Positions 1 to 9,016 of a stretch of 64,000 bases of DNA are shown here, piece by piece. The notes beneath the pieces were generated by a model. The model saw only the letters and a list, made by a program, of their open reading frames with translations. It was not told the origin of the DNA and did not search any database. Position numbers and translations under genes: made by a program. Source of the DNA: an uncultured virus (IMG/VR IMGVR_UViG_3300041964_000150) (lineage: Duplodnaviria; Heunggongvirae; Uroviricota; Caudoviricetes); the IMG/VR virus record IMGVR_UViG_3300041964_000150. The stretch is one strand, 5' to 3'. Every line of letters begins with the position of its first letter. Position 1 is the stretch's first letter.

Positions 1-46
1 CAGCGCGATCGAGTCGATCGCGCTGGCTCTGTTTTGCAGCAGCAGG

Positions 47-328
47 CTAGCTCGCTGCTGACACTTTTTCTTTGAATATCTTGCCCGCTGAGAATGCAGG
101 CACGATCGTTTCTGGGATGCTCATCGCCTCGCCAGTCTTGGGGTTGCGCCCTTCGCGAGCGCTCCGCTTGCGTGGCTCAAACGAACCAAACCCCACCAGC
201 GTTACTCTGTCGTTTGCGGCCACCGCTTCAACGATCGCATCGAGTACCGCTGTCAGCACGGCATCAGCTTCTTTTTTCGTTACTTGGGCTGCAACTGCTG
301 CCTGATCAACCAAATCGCCCTTATTCAT
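47..328 (-). CDS. hup: HU family DNA-binding protein
   Basis: MNKGDLVD...VTLVGFGSFEPRKRSAREGRNPKTGEAMSIP...PAFSAGK is the canonical HU/IHF signature; start placed at the MNK ATG. Confidence 0.95.
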   Translation of the reverse strand: MNKGDLVDQAAVAAQVTKKEADAVLTAVLDAIVEAVAANDRVTLVGFGSFEPRKRSAREGRNPKTGEAMSIPETIVPAFSAGKIFKEKVSAAS

Positions 329-387
329 CGCTGTATCCTCCAAATAGCAAGGATTATAGCTGTAATGGGCAGGGGCGATCGCCTGCA

Positions 388-714
388 TCACTTGCGATTC
401 TTCCGAGGGGATGCGGCGTCATGTTCTAGGGGCAGAGCGCGATCGTCCTCAGCAGCATCTAGCAAGCCAGCTTCACGTAGGGCATTTTCGATCGCCTGCC
501 GTAGAAAATTCGGTCGATGTTCCTTATCTATTTTTTTCAGTGCGGCGAGTACATCTTCATGCAGTTTGACCGCAACGGGAGTCGGCACCAGCGGGCGATC
601 GCCCACTCTCGGCTTAGGTGGAATGTTATGCGAGTTTGGGTTTGACCCCTTGCCCCGTGTTTTTGGTGGGTTCAGCTTCGCAGAATCCGCGTTTGATTTT
701 TTAACTCTTGGCAT
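388..714 (-). CDS. Ribbon-helix-helix (CopG-like) DNA-binding protein, candidate repressor of the cassette array
   Basis: PVAVKLHEDVLAALKK..RPNFLRQAIENAL has the strand-helix-helix pattern; divergent from the first repeated promoter. Confidence 0.6.
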   Translation of the reverse strand: MPRVKKSNADSAKLNPPKTRGKGSNPNSHNIPPKPRVGDRPLVPTPVAVKLHEDVLAALKKIDKEHRPNFLRQAIENALREAGLLDAAEDDRALPLEHDAASPRKNRK

Positions 715-748
715 GACAGACGCCTCAAACAACTTCCCCTACACTAGC

Positions 749-870
749 TTACTAACGGTTTACCATTAGTAATCTTCACACATTCTTTATACAACTTCAT
801 CCTAAATATACGGCTTATTAGTGGTAAACCATTAATAATGGACTCACAACCGAAAAACACAAGGGAGTTC
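749..870 (+). promoter_or_regulatory. Repeated promoter unit, copy 1 (two 24-bp near-palindromic operators 66 bp apart, then RBS)
   Basis: TTACTAACGGTTTACCATTAGTAA (749-772) and TTATTAGTGGTAAACCATTAATAA (815-838), then AAGGGAG. Confidence 0.85.
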
Positions 871-875
871 AAACC

Positions 876-1283
876 GTGTCTAAATTGCTCTACTCGATCG
901 CCGCAATTCGCCGCCTATTAAAGCTGCCGCAAACTGCGAAGATTCACGTTCAGAACTGGTTTAAGGTCTTGTGGGTATGGGTCGAAGGACAGCGGCCAAC
1001 ATTGATCAGCAAATTTGCTCTTAAGTGCCATTTTGTCGAACATCGTCAAGTGGCCGCGCGATCGCTATTTGTAGAGCAGTTCCACAGCAATATTTATTTT
1101 GTCAGCCATCCCAACGAAGATAAATCGCGTCGGCGCGTCCAGCTCTTTACAGGTGGTTTAACCTGCCAGTGCGAAGACTTCCAAGCGCAGGCGCAGGTAA
1201 TTGGCCGCGCGTGCTGTAAACACGCTTATGCGGTGCTGAATCATTTAGGTTTTGATTCACTTTCCGCCTATATCGGCACCTAA
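876..1283 (+). CDS. SWIM zinc-finger protein
   Basis: CQCEDF...CCKH motif at the C-terminus; RBS upstream. Confidence 0.75.
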   Translation: MSKLLYSIAAIRRLLKLPQTAKIHVQNWFKVLWVWVEGQRPTLISKFALKCHFVEHRQVAARSLFVEQFHSNIYFVSHPNEDKSRRRVQLFTGGLTCQCEDFQAQAQVIGRACCKHAYAVLNHLGFDSLSAYIGT

Positions 1284-1334
1284 TGCAGCGCGATCGAATA
1301 TCTCAGTCAATCCCTAATCTTGGAGAGTTACCCA

Positions 1335-1580
1335 ATGTCAACAGCAACTTTAACCGCTGATCAGATCGCCTCAATCCTGGCAGATACAGAATCACGCTAT
1401 CGCTTCACAAATCCAGCGTTGATCATGCCTCTGAAGGGAAGTATCAGCGACATTGAGAAAACTTTTGGCAGCAGAAAATTTTTGATCGCTGCCTTGCAGG
1501 GGCAAACCTGCTGGACCGTCTATCAGAATGATTCGCTGCTAGTGGCTGGGCTATCTCCAGACAAATTGCTGAATAGCTAG
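1335..1580 (+). CDS. Hypothetical protein
   Basis: ORF with GGAGAG RBS in cassette 1. Confidence 0.6.
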   Translation: MSTATLTADQIASILADTESRYRFTNPALIMPLKGSISDIEKTFGSRKFLIAALQGQTCWTVYQNDSLLVAGLSPDKLLNS

Positions 1581-1617
1581 CGCGATCGGAATTGTAATTA
1601 AACGCGAGGAAATCGAT

Positions 1618-1890
1618 ATGTTTGCCATTACAAAGCAAGAACTAAAATCGCTCAAAATGCGCCAAGAGATCAACCGCTTGACCGCTGGCGTAATGAAGCT
1701 TGATCCGATCGCAATTACAGATGAAGTTTCAATCTGTCGTGATGACGGCTGCATTCTCTGGGCAACGTATGAAGATCAGAGTTACCAGATCGATCCGAAT
1801 AAGGTCTATCAGGGATATTGGGTCTTGCTGGGCAATCCTGGACAGACAGCAGCTACCAGAATTTTGGACGCGCTAAACACGATCGCATAG
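1618..1890 (+). CDS. Hypothetical protein
   Basis: ORF with GAGG RBS, followed by a terminator. Confidence 0.65.
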   Translation: MFAITKQELKSLKMRQEINRLTAGVMKLDPIAITDEVSICRDDGCILWATYEDQSYQIDPNKVYQGYWVLLGNPGQTAATRILDALNTIA

Positions 1891-1905
1891 GCAGATTTAA
1901 CCATC

Positions 1906-1937
1906 AGTAGGGGTGATCGGATCACCCCTACTTTTTT
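1906..1937 (+). terminator. Intrinsic terminator
   Basis: AGTAGGGGTGAT-CGG-ATCACCCCTACT followed by a T-run. Confidence 0.85.
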
Positions 1938-1947
1938 ATGTCAATCT

Positions 1948-2185
1948 CCTCAAAATCGCCCCTAGAACGGCTCTACGGGTTTCTAGGTCATATCCTACCT
2001 AATCAGAACTAACCGACCTTACAGGCGATTTTAAGGCCATCTCAGGACGTTCTTAAAATCCCTCTTACTAATGGTTTACCACTAAAAACCTTCATACAGT
2101 CTTTATATAACTTCATCCTAAATATACGGTTTATTAGTGGTAAACCATTAATAATAGATTCACAACCGAAAAACACAAGGGAGTT
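1948..2185 (+). repeat. Repeated unit, copy 2 (hairpin element, double operator, RBS)
   Basis: AAAATCGCC...GGCGATTTT element at 1952-2032; operators at 2065-2088 and 2131-2154. Confidence 0.9.
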
Positions 2186-2188
2186 TAA

Positions 2189-2380
2189 GTGTATCCATTC
2201 ACACCAGAGCAGCAAAAATTCATCGACTCAGATCAAGGTAAGCGGCGATTGGCTGGCTATCAATTGATCGATGTAACAGCTCTTAAGGTTGCACTATTCC
2301 AGCAGTGCGATTCAGAGGGAAAGATCTACATTTTGGCACTCTCTGACGATGGCTCGCCTGGAGAAATGCGAGTCAAATAA
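2189..2380 (+). CDS. Hypothetical protein
   Basis: GTG start directly after the RBS of the repeat unit. Confidence 0.55.
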   Translation: MYPFTPEQQKFIDSDQGKRRLAGYQLIDVTALKVALFQQCDSEGKIYILALSDDGSPGEMRVK

Positions 2381-2418
2381 ACCCCTAGAAAACTTCGATC
2401 GACATCCTAAAAAAAATC

Positions 2419-2733
2419 ATGAATGCACAGCAAGTAGCTCAAACGATTCTGCGGCAGCTTGGCGGATCAGGCAGACTCGCATCAATGATCGGTGCTTACA
2501 ATTTTGCTCACTCAACAGATCCGGACGGTTTCAGCGTGCAATTTAGGTTCAAGGGTTCACGGGTTGCAAATTTTGTAAAAATCACTCTCTCACCTGACGA
2601 TTGCTATGCGATCGAGTTTGGAATGATTCGCAAAACTGCCTATGAACAGGGCAAATGTCTGCAAATGATTTATGCGGATCAGCTCATCGAAATTTTTGAG
2701 AATCATACAAACTTGCGGCTGAGATTGTTCTAG
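2419..2733 (+). CDS. Conserved phage/plasmid early protein (QLGG motif)
   Basis: AQTILRQLGG...MIGA...V.ITL..DD.Y pattern recalled from small phage early proteins. Confidence 0.6.
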   Translation: MNAQQVAQTILRQLGGSGRLASMIGAYNFAHSTDPDGFSVQFRFKGSRVANFVKITLSPDDCYAIEFGMIRKTAYEQGKCLQMIYADQLIEIFENHTNLRLRLF

Positions 2734-2757
2734 TCATCAACTATCACGAATCCACAA

Positions 2758-3104
2758 ATGAAGACTCAAACATTGCGCGAATTTACACAGCTTCCTGAAG
2801 ATGCGTTTTCCTATGCTGAGATTGCTTTTTGCTTCCTAGCGCAGTAGATGAGTGCTTATGGAGGTTGGGATACAGCAGGGGATATAACGACTTTTGGCGC
2901 GATCGTAATGATGACAGCAAATTTGTTTCTAGAGACACGCGCGACGGCTATTACTTTGGCTGGCAAGCCGCACTAGAAGCTTCGCAGCAATTCGATCCAC
3001 GATGGCATGAACTGCCAGCGGTCGATATCGAGATATTAAAAAATTCTCCTCATTTTGACTGGCAAGCTTTCCAGACTTGGGAGAATCGGCATATTACGGT
3101 CTAA
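2758..3104 (+). CDS. Hypothetical protein (one probable frameshift near 2830)
   Basis: ATG 2758 (MKTQTLREF) joins the 2829-3104 frame across a T-run. Confidence 0.45.
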
Positions 3105-3126
3105 TCGATCGAGCAATAGTCAGCAG

Positions 3127-3156
3127 TAGGGGCGATACCAATCGCCCCTATTTTTT
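3127..3156 (+). terminator. Intrinsic terminator
   Basis: TAGGGGCGAT-ACCA-ATCGCCCCTA followed by TTTTTT. Confidence 0.85.
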
Positions 3157-3167
3157 ATGTCAACCTC

Positions 3168-3400
3168 TCTCAAAATCGCCCCTAGAACGGCTCTACAGGT
3201 TTCTAGGGGCGATATTACCAGGACATCTCAGATCGACCTTACAGGCGATTTTAGGGCCATCTCAGGACGTTCTTAAAATCTCCTTACTAATGGTTTACCA
3301 CTAAAAACCTTCATACAGTCTTTATATAACTTCATCCTAAATATACGGTTTATTAGTGGTAAACCATTAATAATAGGTTTAAGACCACACAAAAGGGATT
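3168..3400 (+). repeat. Repeated unit, copy 3
   Basis: Hairpin element at 3172-3252; operators at 3284-3307 and 3350-3373. Confidence 0.9.
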
Positions 3401-3476
3401 CAAACAGATGACCGCACCGCATCGCGGATCTGGCCGTTAGTTCCTATCAGTTCTCTATCCACAATTTCAGCGAATC

Positions 3477-4395
3477 ATGAGCAGCAAAACCAGCAAAAAG
3501 CAAGCGATCGATAAGAATCAACTGCTGACAGACAAGATCATTAAATTGATGGAGGATGGCGTTAAACCCTGGGTAAAGCCTTGGTACTCGATCGGGTATC
3601 AAAATCTGATATCAGGTCATCAATATCGCGGCGTCAACCCAATGTTATGCGCGTTCGATTCAATGGTCTATGACTACAATTCGCCCTACTTCGTAGGGCT
3701 ATCAGCAGCTAAAGAGCGCGGCTGGATTGTGAAGAAAGGGATCTAAGTCTACTTGGTTGCGTTGGGGCGGCACTTTCGCTAAAGAGACTGAAGCAGAGGA
3801 CGGCTCAACTTCGAAGAATTTTTCTCTTGCGCCAAGTGGCTGCAAGTGTTCAATTCCGATTGCCTTGACGATTCTGAGGCACGCAACAAGATCGCGGATC
3901 ACGTTAAAACGCTGCCAGCACCTAACAAGGCGCCTCGAATTATGACCGCTGACAAGTTCGTTGAAGCGCAGCGGGCAACGATCAAACATATCGGCAGCAC
4001 GGCTTGCTATTCACCGCTGAGTGATTCGATCGCGATGCCAGCTTACGAAGACTTCATCAGTGCTGAGGGTACTATGCCACATTGATTCATGAGCTAACCC
4101 ATTGGACAGGGCACAGCAGCAGATGCGATCGCGATCTGTCCGGTCGGTTTGGTACGCAGAAATACGCCTATGAGGAGCTGATCGCAGAACTGGGCGCCGC
4201 ATTCACTTGCAATACTCTGGGCATCTCTAGCGCGATCGAGAATCATGCCAGCTATCTCGATAACTGGCTAGCAGTTCTGAAGGGCGATAACAAGGCATTC
4301 CTTAGAGCATCCTCAGCAGCAACGAAAGCATCGATGTTCTGCTAGCGAATGCTGGCTTGATTGAGGAAGAAAGCGATCAATCTCAATCGGCGTAA
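3477..4395 (+). CDS. ardC: ArdC-like ssDNA-binding/zincin anti-restriction protein (four apparent frameshifts)
   Basis: KPWVKPW, YRGVN, VKKG, VFN, ACYSPLSDSI.MP, IHELTHWTGH, YAYEELIAELGA and HASYL..WL motifs are spread over successive frames. Confidence 0.9.
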
Positions 4396-4402
4396 GGGCA
4401 GA

Positions 4403-4434
4403 AGGTTAGGCCATCCGATCGGATGGCCTAACCT
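4403..4434. terminator. Perfect 32-bp palindrome, likely terminator
   Basis: AGGTTAGGCCATCCGATCGGATGGCCTAACCT. Confidence 0.7.
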
Positions 4435-4670
4435 CCTCAAAATCGCCCCTAGAACGGCTCTACAGGGTTTCTAGGTCTATCCATACCTGATCAGGACTAA
4501 CCAACCTTACAGGCGATTTTAAGGGCATTTCAGGCAATCCTTGAAATCTCTCTTACTAGTGGTTTACTACTAATAATCTTCATACAATCTTTATACAACT
4601 TCATCCTAAATATATGGCTTATTAGTGGTAAACCATTAATAATAGGTTTAAGACCACACAAAAGGAGTTT
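4435..4670 (+). repeat. Repeated unit, copy 4
   Basis: Hairpin element at 4439-4520; operators at 4553-4576 and 4619-4642. Confidence 0.9.
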
Positions 4671-4676
4671 CGACCG

Positions 4677-4937
4677 ATGGCAACCACACTTGAGCAAGAC
4701 TTCGCGCTTCAGTCCGTACTCATGCAACACGATGTTGAGCTACAGCAGATCAAACCGATTCGCGGCGTTCAGTGTTATCGCATTGTGAACACTGATCCAT
4801 CAGGCAGGACTGAGCAGGACGATCGCTTTGCTTGGGGTATCGCTGAACTGGTTGCACCTGAGCGCTGGGAAGTGCTTAAGAATGGCTGGCATTCCTTCCT
4901 CACTCTGCAAGCGGCGATCGAGTTCATTATGGGCTAA
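4677..4937 (+). CDS. Hypothetical protein
   Basis: ATG after the AAGGAG RBS of the repeat unit. Confidence 0.7.
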   Translation: MATTLEQDFALQSVLMQHDVELQQIKPIRGVQCYRIVNTDPSGRTEQDDRFAWGIAELVAPERWEVLKNGWHSFLTLQAAIEFIMG

Positions 4938-5011
4938 CTCTCAACCCATTGCGCTAGGGCGATCGCTCGATCGCCCCTAGAACACTCATCAACCTATCAG
5001 GAATTAAATCA

Positions 5012-5305
5012 ATGTCTGACAATATGCCGATCGTAAAAGTTACTACTGCATCAGGTCACTCTTGGACTACCAATGTCGCCGCACAGGTCACTGAGGCAGA
5101 AGCAAAACGGTATTTTATGGGCGCACGGGTTGACATCAGCAGCGATCCATATACCGAAAAGATGGATGTTGTAGTCAAGGTTGAATTCACTCCAGCACCA
5201 CAACCGATCGCCGTTGCCGTGACTTACGGCTGTGATAACTGTGGCGGCGAAGTTGATACAGACGAAGTGCTTTGCAAACCCTGTAAAGAGAAGTTCAGAA
5301 GATAA
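5012..5305 (+). CDS. Hypothetical protein with C-terminal CxxC...CxxC
   Basis: CDNC...CKPC motif; AGGA RBS. Confidence 0.65.
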   Translation: MSDNMPIVKVTTASGHSWTTNVAAQVTEAEAKRYFMGARVDISSDPYTEKMDVVVKVEFTPAPQPIAVAVTYGCDNCGGEVDTDEVLCKPCKEKFRR

Positions 5306-5342
5306 CCCATCTGAACAACCCGATCGATCGGCTAACCAATCC

Positions 5343-5462
5343 CCTCAAAATCCCCTCTATACGGGCGATCGGGTTGTTCAGATGGGTATCAGGTCGATCG
5401 GGTTTCTAGAGGCACCCTACAGGCGATTTTCAGGGCATTTACTAACGGTAAACCATTAAAAC
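5343..5462 (+). repeat. Partial, divergent repeat unit with a single operator
   Basis: AAAATC...TACAGGCGATTTT at 5347-5430; operator TTACTAACGGTAAACCATTAAAAC at 5439-5462. Confidence 0.75.
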
Positions 5463-5474
5463 TGAGGCTGTATC

Positions 5475-5912
5475 ATGACTACTCTGGAATTACTGACGGC
5501 TACTGATATCGAAAATTTTGCGAATCAACATCGACATCTATCGGCGGAATATCGCAATTTGGCCGCGATCGCCCAGCAGGTTAGATGTCAGATTGACGCC
5601 ATCTATAACCCAATTTTCGATCGCTATCAGTTTGTTGACGATGAAGGCAGCCCGATCGCAACTCATCAAGAGCTGTATCTATGCCCTGACGATGCAGCAT
5701 TCGAGCGCTATGTTACAGAATGCCATGCGGCGATCAAGGCTGCTGGTTTTGATGTGGAATTTGGGATCTGTCCGGCATTAACTGCCGAGCATAACGCACG
5801 CATGAAGCGGCAAGAAATCATCGGCAAGATGTGCGAGCTAATGGGTATGGAAGTCTATCGCGATGATCTGCAAGAAAAGCTTTTTCAGTTGTTTCTCAGC
5901 ATGACCCGCTAA
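5475..5912 (+). CDS. Hypothetical protein
   Basis: ORF with GAGG RBS. Confidence 0.7.
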   Translation: MTTLELLTATDIENFANQHRHLSAEYRNLAAIAQQVRCQIDAIYNPIFDRYQFVDDEGSPIATHQELYLCPDDAAFERYVTECHAAIKAAGFDVEFGICPALTAEHNARMKRQEIIGKMCELMGMEVYRDDLQEKLFQLFLSMTR

Positions 5913-5926
5913 TAGGAGTTTAACCA

Positions 5927-6322
5927 ATGTCGCTCACTCTAAAATTTTCCTCCAGTTCAGATGCTCAAGCCGCTTATGATGTTTTCTTCGCTAACAGTCG
6001 CGGCGGCGAACTGTGTTCGATCGCTCTGGACTATTCCAACGGCACGATCGAGATCGGTGATTGGCTCGCAGGATTGCGGCTGGAGATGCCCGATCCTGCT
6101 CCGATGGCATTAAATCTTGTGTGCCGCTGGCAAGAAATGCAGCTTAAATTTGCCTCAGTAGAAGCTGCTGAGACGGCATTCGAGGATTATTTTGAAGGCG
6201 ATAAAAGCGCTGAGCTGTATTGCTCGGAACTGAAGCGCAGAGATGCTGCGATCGAGCTTACTGGCTGGGCAGATGATCTCGATCTAGATATCCCGATCGG
6301 CTGTATCGAAATTTATATCTAA
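5927..6322 (+). CDS. Hypothetical protein with an internal duplication
   Basis: LKFSS.SDAQAAYDVFF...IEIGDW is echoed by LKFASVEAAETAFEDYF...IELTGW. Confidence 0.7.
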   Translation: MSLTLKFSSSSDAQAAYDVFFANSRGGELCSIALDYSNGTIEIGDWLAGLRLEMPDPAPMALNLVCRWQEMQLKFASVEAAETAFEDYFEGDKSAELYCSELKRRDAAIELTGWADDLDLDIPIGCIEIYI

Positions 6323-6339
6323 CTTCTCTCTAATCCCTC

Positions 6340-6572
6340 TCTAAAATCCCCTACAACGGGCGATCGGTCCGTTCTAGGGGATTCCCTCTATTCACTCTCA
6401 AACCGTCCTTAAACTGGCTTAAAAGGGCATTTCAGGCAATCCTTAAAATCTCTCTTACTAGTAGTTTACTACTAAAAACCTTCACACAATCTTTATACAA
6501 CTTCACTCTAAATATATAGTTTATTAGTGGTAAACCATTAATAATAGGTTTAAGACCACACAAAAGGAGTTC
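6340..6572 (+). repeat. Repeated unit, copy 5
   Basis: Degenerate hairpin element; operators at 6455-6478 and 6521-6544. Confidence 0.9.
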
Positions 6573-6577
6573 TTCAG

Positions 6578-6952
6578 ATGTCCGCATTCATCGTTTCCTA
6601 TAACCACATCAACACTATTTGCAATTACATCAACCGTCATCAGATTTTGCACAAGTTTGTGACTCAGGATGAAGCGGAAGCGATCGGGCGGCTGTGGATG
6701 GCTGAGAACGTTAAGAGCGTAAACAATCGCTATAGCGAAGACGATATTGAACCGCTGTACTGTTTCAGTCGAATCGATGTGAGCCACATCACACCAATTC
6801 AATTCATTAAGCTGCTGGACTGCTTGGAGTATCAAAGCTGTGAGCATGACGACTATCGAGAATCGGAAGCTTACATCATGCTTTCCCGCTATCGATACGG
6901 AGCGATCGGCATGATCGAGGGCTACCAATCGGCAGCGTGGGCGATCGGGTAA
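6578..6952 (+). CDS. Conserved hypothetical plasmid/phage protein
   Basis: MSAFIV...HI...ENVKSVNNRY...YQSCEH; RBS from the repeat unit. Confidence 0.7.
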   Translation: MSAFIVSYNHINTICNYINRHQILHKFVTQDEAEAIGRLWMAENVKSVNNRYSEDDIEPLYCFSRIDVSHITPIQFIKLLDCLEYQSCEHDDYRESEAYIMLSRYRYGAIGMIEGYQSAAWAIG

Positions 6953-7021
6953 CTTGCAGTAAAAAAAGCCGATCGCGAATCGCGATCGGCTTCCCTAAAT
7001 TTCAGCTATCCAAACAGTATC

Positions 7022-8946
7022 ATGCTAGCCACAAAACTACTCGCCGCTTTAGAACAGGTTAAGGCGACCGTTCTCAAGCCATCAACTAAAACGCGATCGC
7101 TTCTGAAGGATCACCCTGAATTGCTTTGCGTTCATCTAGAGGCGAACGGCGAAAGACTGACGATCACTGCAACCGACCTTAAAAAGTTTTCTCAAGCAGA
7201 TGCGAGCAACGATCGCTACTGGCATCAGGAGATCGGATCGTTTGCTTGCCTAGTGCCCTTCGAGCTGTTTTATCGCCTGATTCAAGCGATGAAGCAGCTC
7301 GATATCGGCTTAGATTTTATTGCCGAAAAGCTGGTGATCACTGCGTCATCTCCAAAGCTCGAATACAACATCAACTGTCTGCCCCTAGAACATTCGATCT
7401 TTAAGTCGATCGACAGCGGGCAAAAAACTATCGACTATGAGTTTCCTTTCGCGCCCGTTCTCAAAGCGCTGCAAATTGTCTCTAAGGGTTGCTACAAAGA
7501 GGACGGCTGCCAGAATCTACAGGGCATTCACCTGAAGATTAAAGATAGCCTGCTAACGATCGAGGCTAGCGACGGCGATCACATCATTAGATACTGGCAG
7601 CAGCTCGAAGACGCGCCGAACTGTGACGAAGTGATCGATCGCGGCATCGTTGCCCAACTTGCCAAGGCCAAAGCTGACACACTACGGCTTGAGTTGAGTG
7701 CAGCAATGGCAACGTTTATTGCTGGCGATTGTAGGGTCACTACGGTTATCGGGGATCTAGAGTATCCCAACACTGACAAGGCGATCGCCAAAGCGATACC
7801 AGACAGCGAGCCTATCGCCGTTGATAGGCGCCTGCTGAAGGATGCGATCGATCGGGTTGCTACTAAAGCTGAACCGATCATCCTGATAGAAGCTGATCCG
7901 GTCGATTGCTGCCTGCGGCTGAGCGGCTGCAATGGTGAGGAAACAATTCCCGTAAATGTGTCGCAGTGGGCTGCAACCCATATCGATCGCACGATGCTCG
8001 ATGTGCTTGGCAAGCTGGGCAGCTCTGAAGTAATGCTCTGTTTGGGTCGGACAACAGAAGGTGATCCACGCATGACCACGATCGAGACATTAGGCGGCGA
8101 TCGGTTTTTCGTTGGGGCGATGGGTGTCAAGTGTTCAGATCGGACCCTACCGACCCCTAAAATCGCCCCTACAACGGCTACAACGGGCGATAGTGGGGAA
8201 GTGGCGATCGAACCACTGGAAACCCCTACAGAAACCCCTACAACGGCCACTACAGGCGATAGTCAGGCAATAGGACAACCGGATCATCCTGAATCGGGAA
8301 CACTTGAACCGGACAGCTCAGAGGCATTCGATCGCCTGCGAGAACAACTTAAAGGAACGGTTAAAACTCCTATGCCAGATTATGTGATCTCTGTTGAGGA
8401 GATGAAACAAACGGTAGTGATCAGCTTGCGCCCTGATTCTGCTGCTGAAATTGTGGGCGGCATGATGCAAGTCATTCTGCAAGAAGATCTTGACATGAGC
8501 AAGCCACTACAAGGCCGCTTCTGCCTGATCCATTGCGCCTATGTCGAAGGGGATGAACTGAAGGAAAGCGATCGCGGCTTGATCGATATCGGTCTGCTGC
8601 CTGACAGTGCGCCCAGTGGCGCGATTCTTGGTTATGTCAAGATCAAGGCAACCAAAGTCTATAAATCCGAAACAGATTGGCGATCGGATTTTGAGAAGGG
8701 GGTTCACGACTACGACTGCTCGCTGAAGGAATTCAGCAGGATCACAGGGTCAAGGGTAAGGTTTGCGGGGTTGTTGTCGAGCAACCCATAATGCTACGTG
8801 ATCCGGTCTTCGGAGTTGAGGGAGGCGTTAGCGCAGGCTTCTGGCTACCTAATTCGCCTCAAGACACATCGGCAGTGCGGGCAGTATTCGAGGCAACGCG
8901 CGGCGTTGTGGATGTCGATCGACTGATACCAGTTGACTCTGAATAG
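7022..8946 (+). CDS. Divergent DNA polymerase III beta-clamp-like protein fused to an ASCH-like domain (frameshift near 8768)
   Basis: VHLEANGERLTITATDL, LQGIHL...LTIEASDGDH and EYPNTD match DnaN landmarks; C-terminal ISLRP..A..IV.G...IHCA...GAILGYV...P..L..P...G...GFW. Confidence 0.7.
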
Positions 8947-8964
8947 AGGGCATCAACCCCAAAT

Positions 8965-8994
8965 AAAAGCCCCCTTCGATCGAAGGGGGCTTTT
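8965..8994. terminator. Bidirectional intrinsic terminator
   Basis: AAAAGCCCCCTTCGATCGAAGGGGGCTTTT between convergent genes. Confidence 0.9.
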
Positions 8995-9016
8995 CGTTTA
9001 GGCAGTCAGCGATCGC

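Noticed and set aside
749..6572. CRISPR array
   Set aside because: Repeats are 120-240 bp and separated by whole genes; no short regular repeat-spacer pattern and no cas genes.
749..6952. Classical integron
   Set aside because: Cassettes carry their own promoter-like units, I could not identify attC R/L boxes, and the only tyrosine recombinase is 15 kb away and too short for a typical IntI.
7579..8250. Long antisense ORFs (also 9021-9497, 22007-22510 and others)
   Set aside because: Shadow frames of genes with recognisable motifs on the opposite strand.
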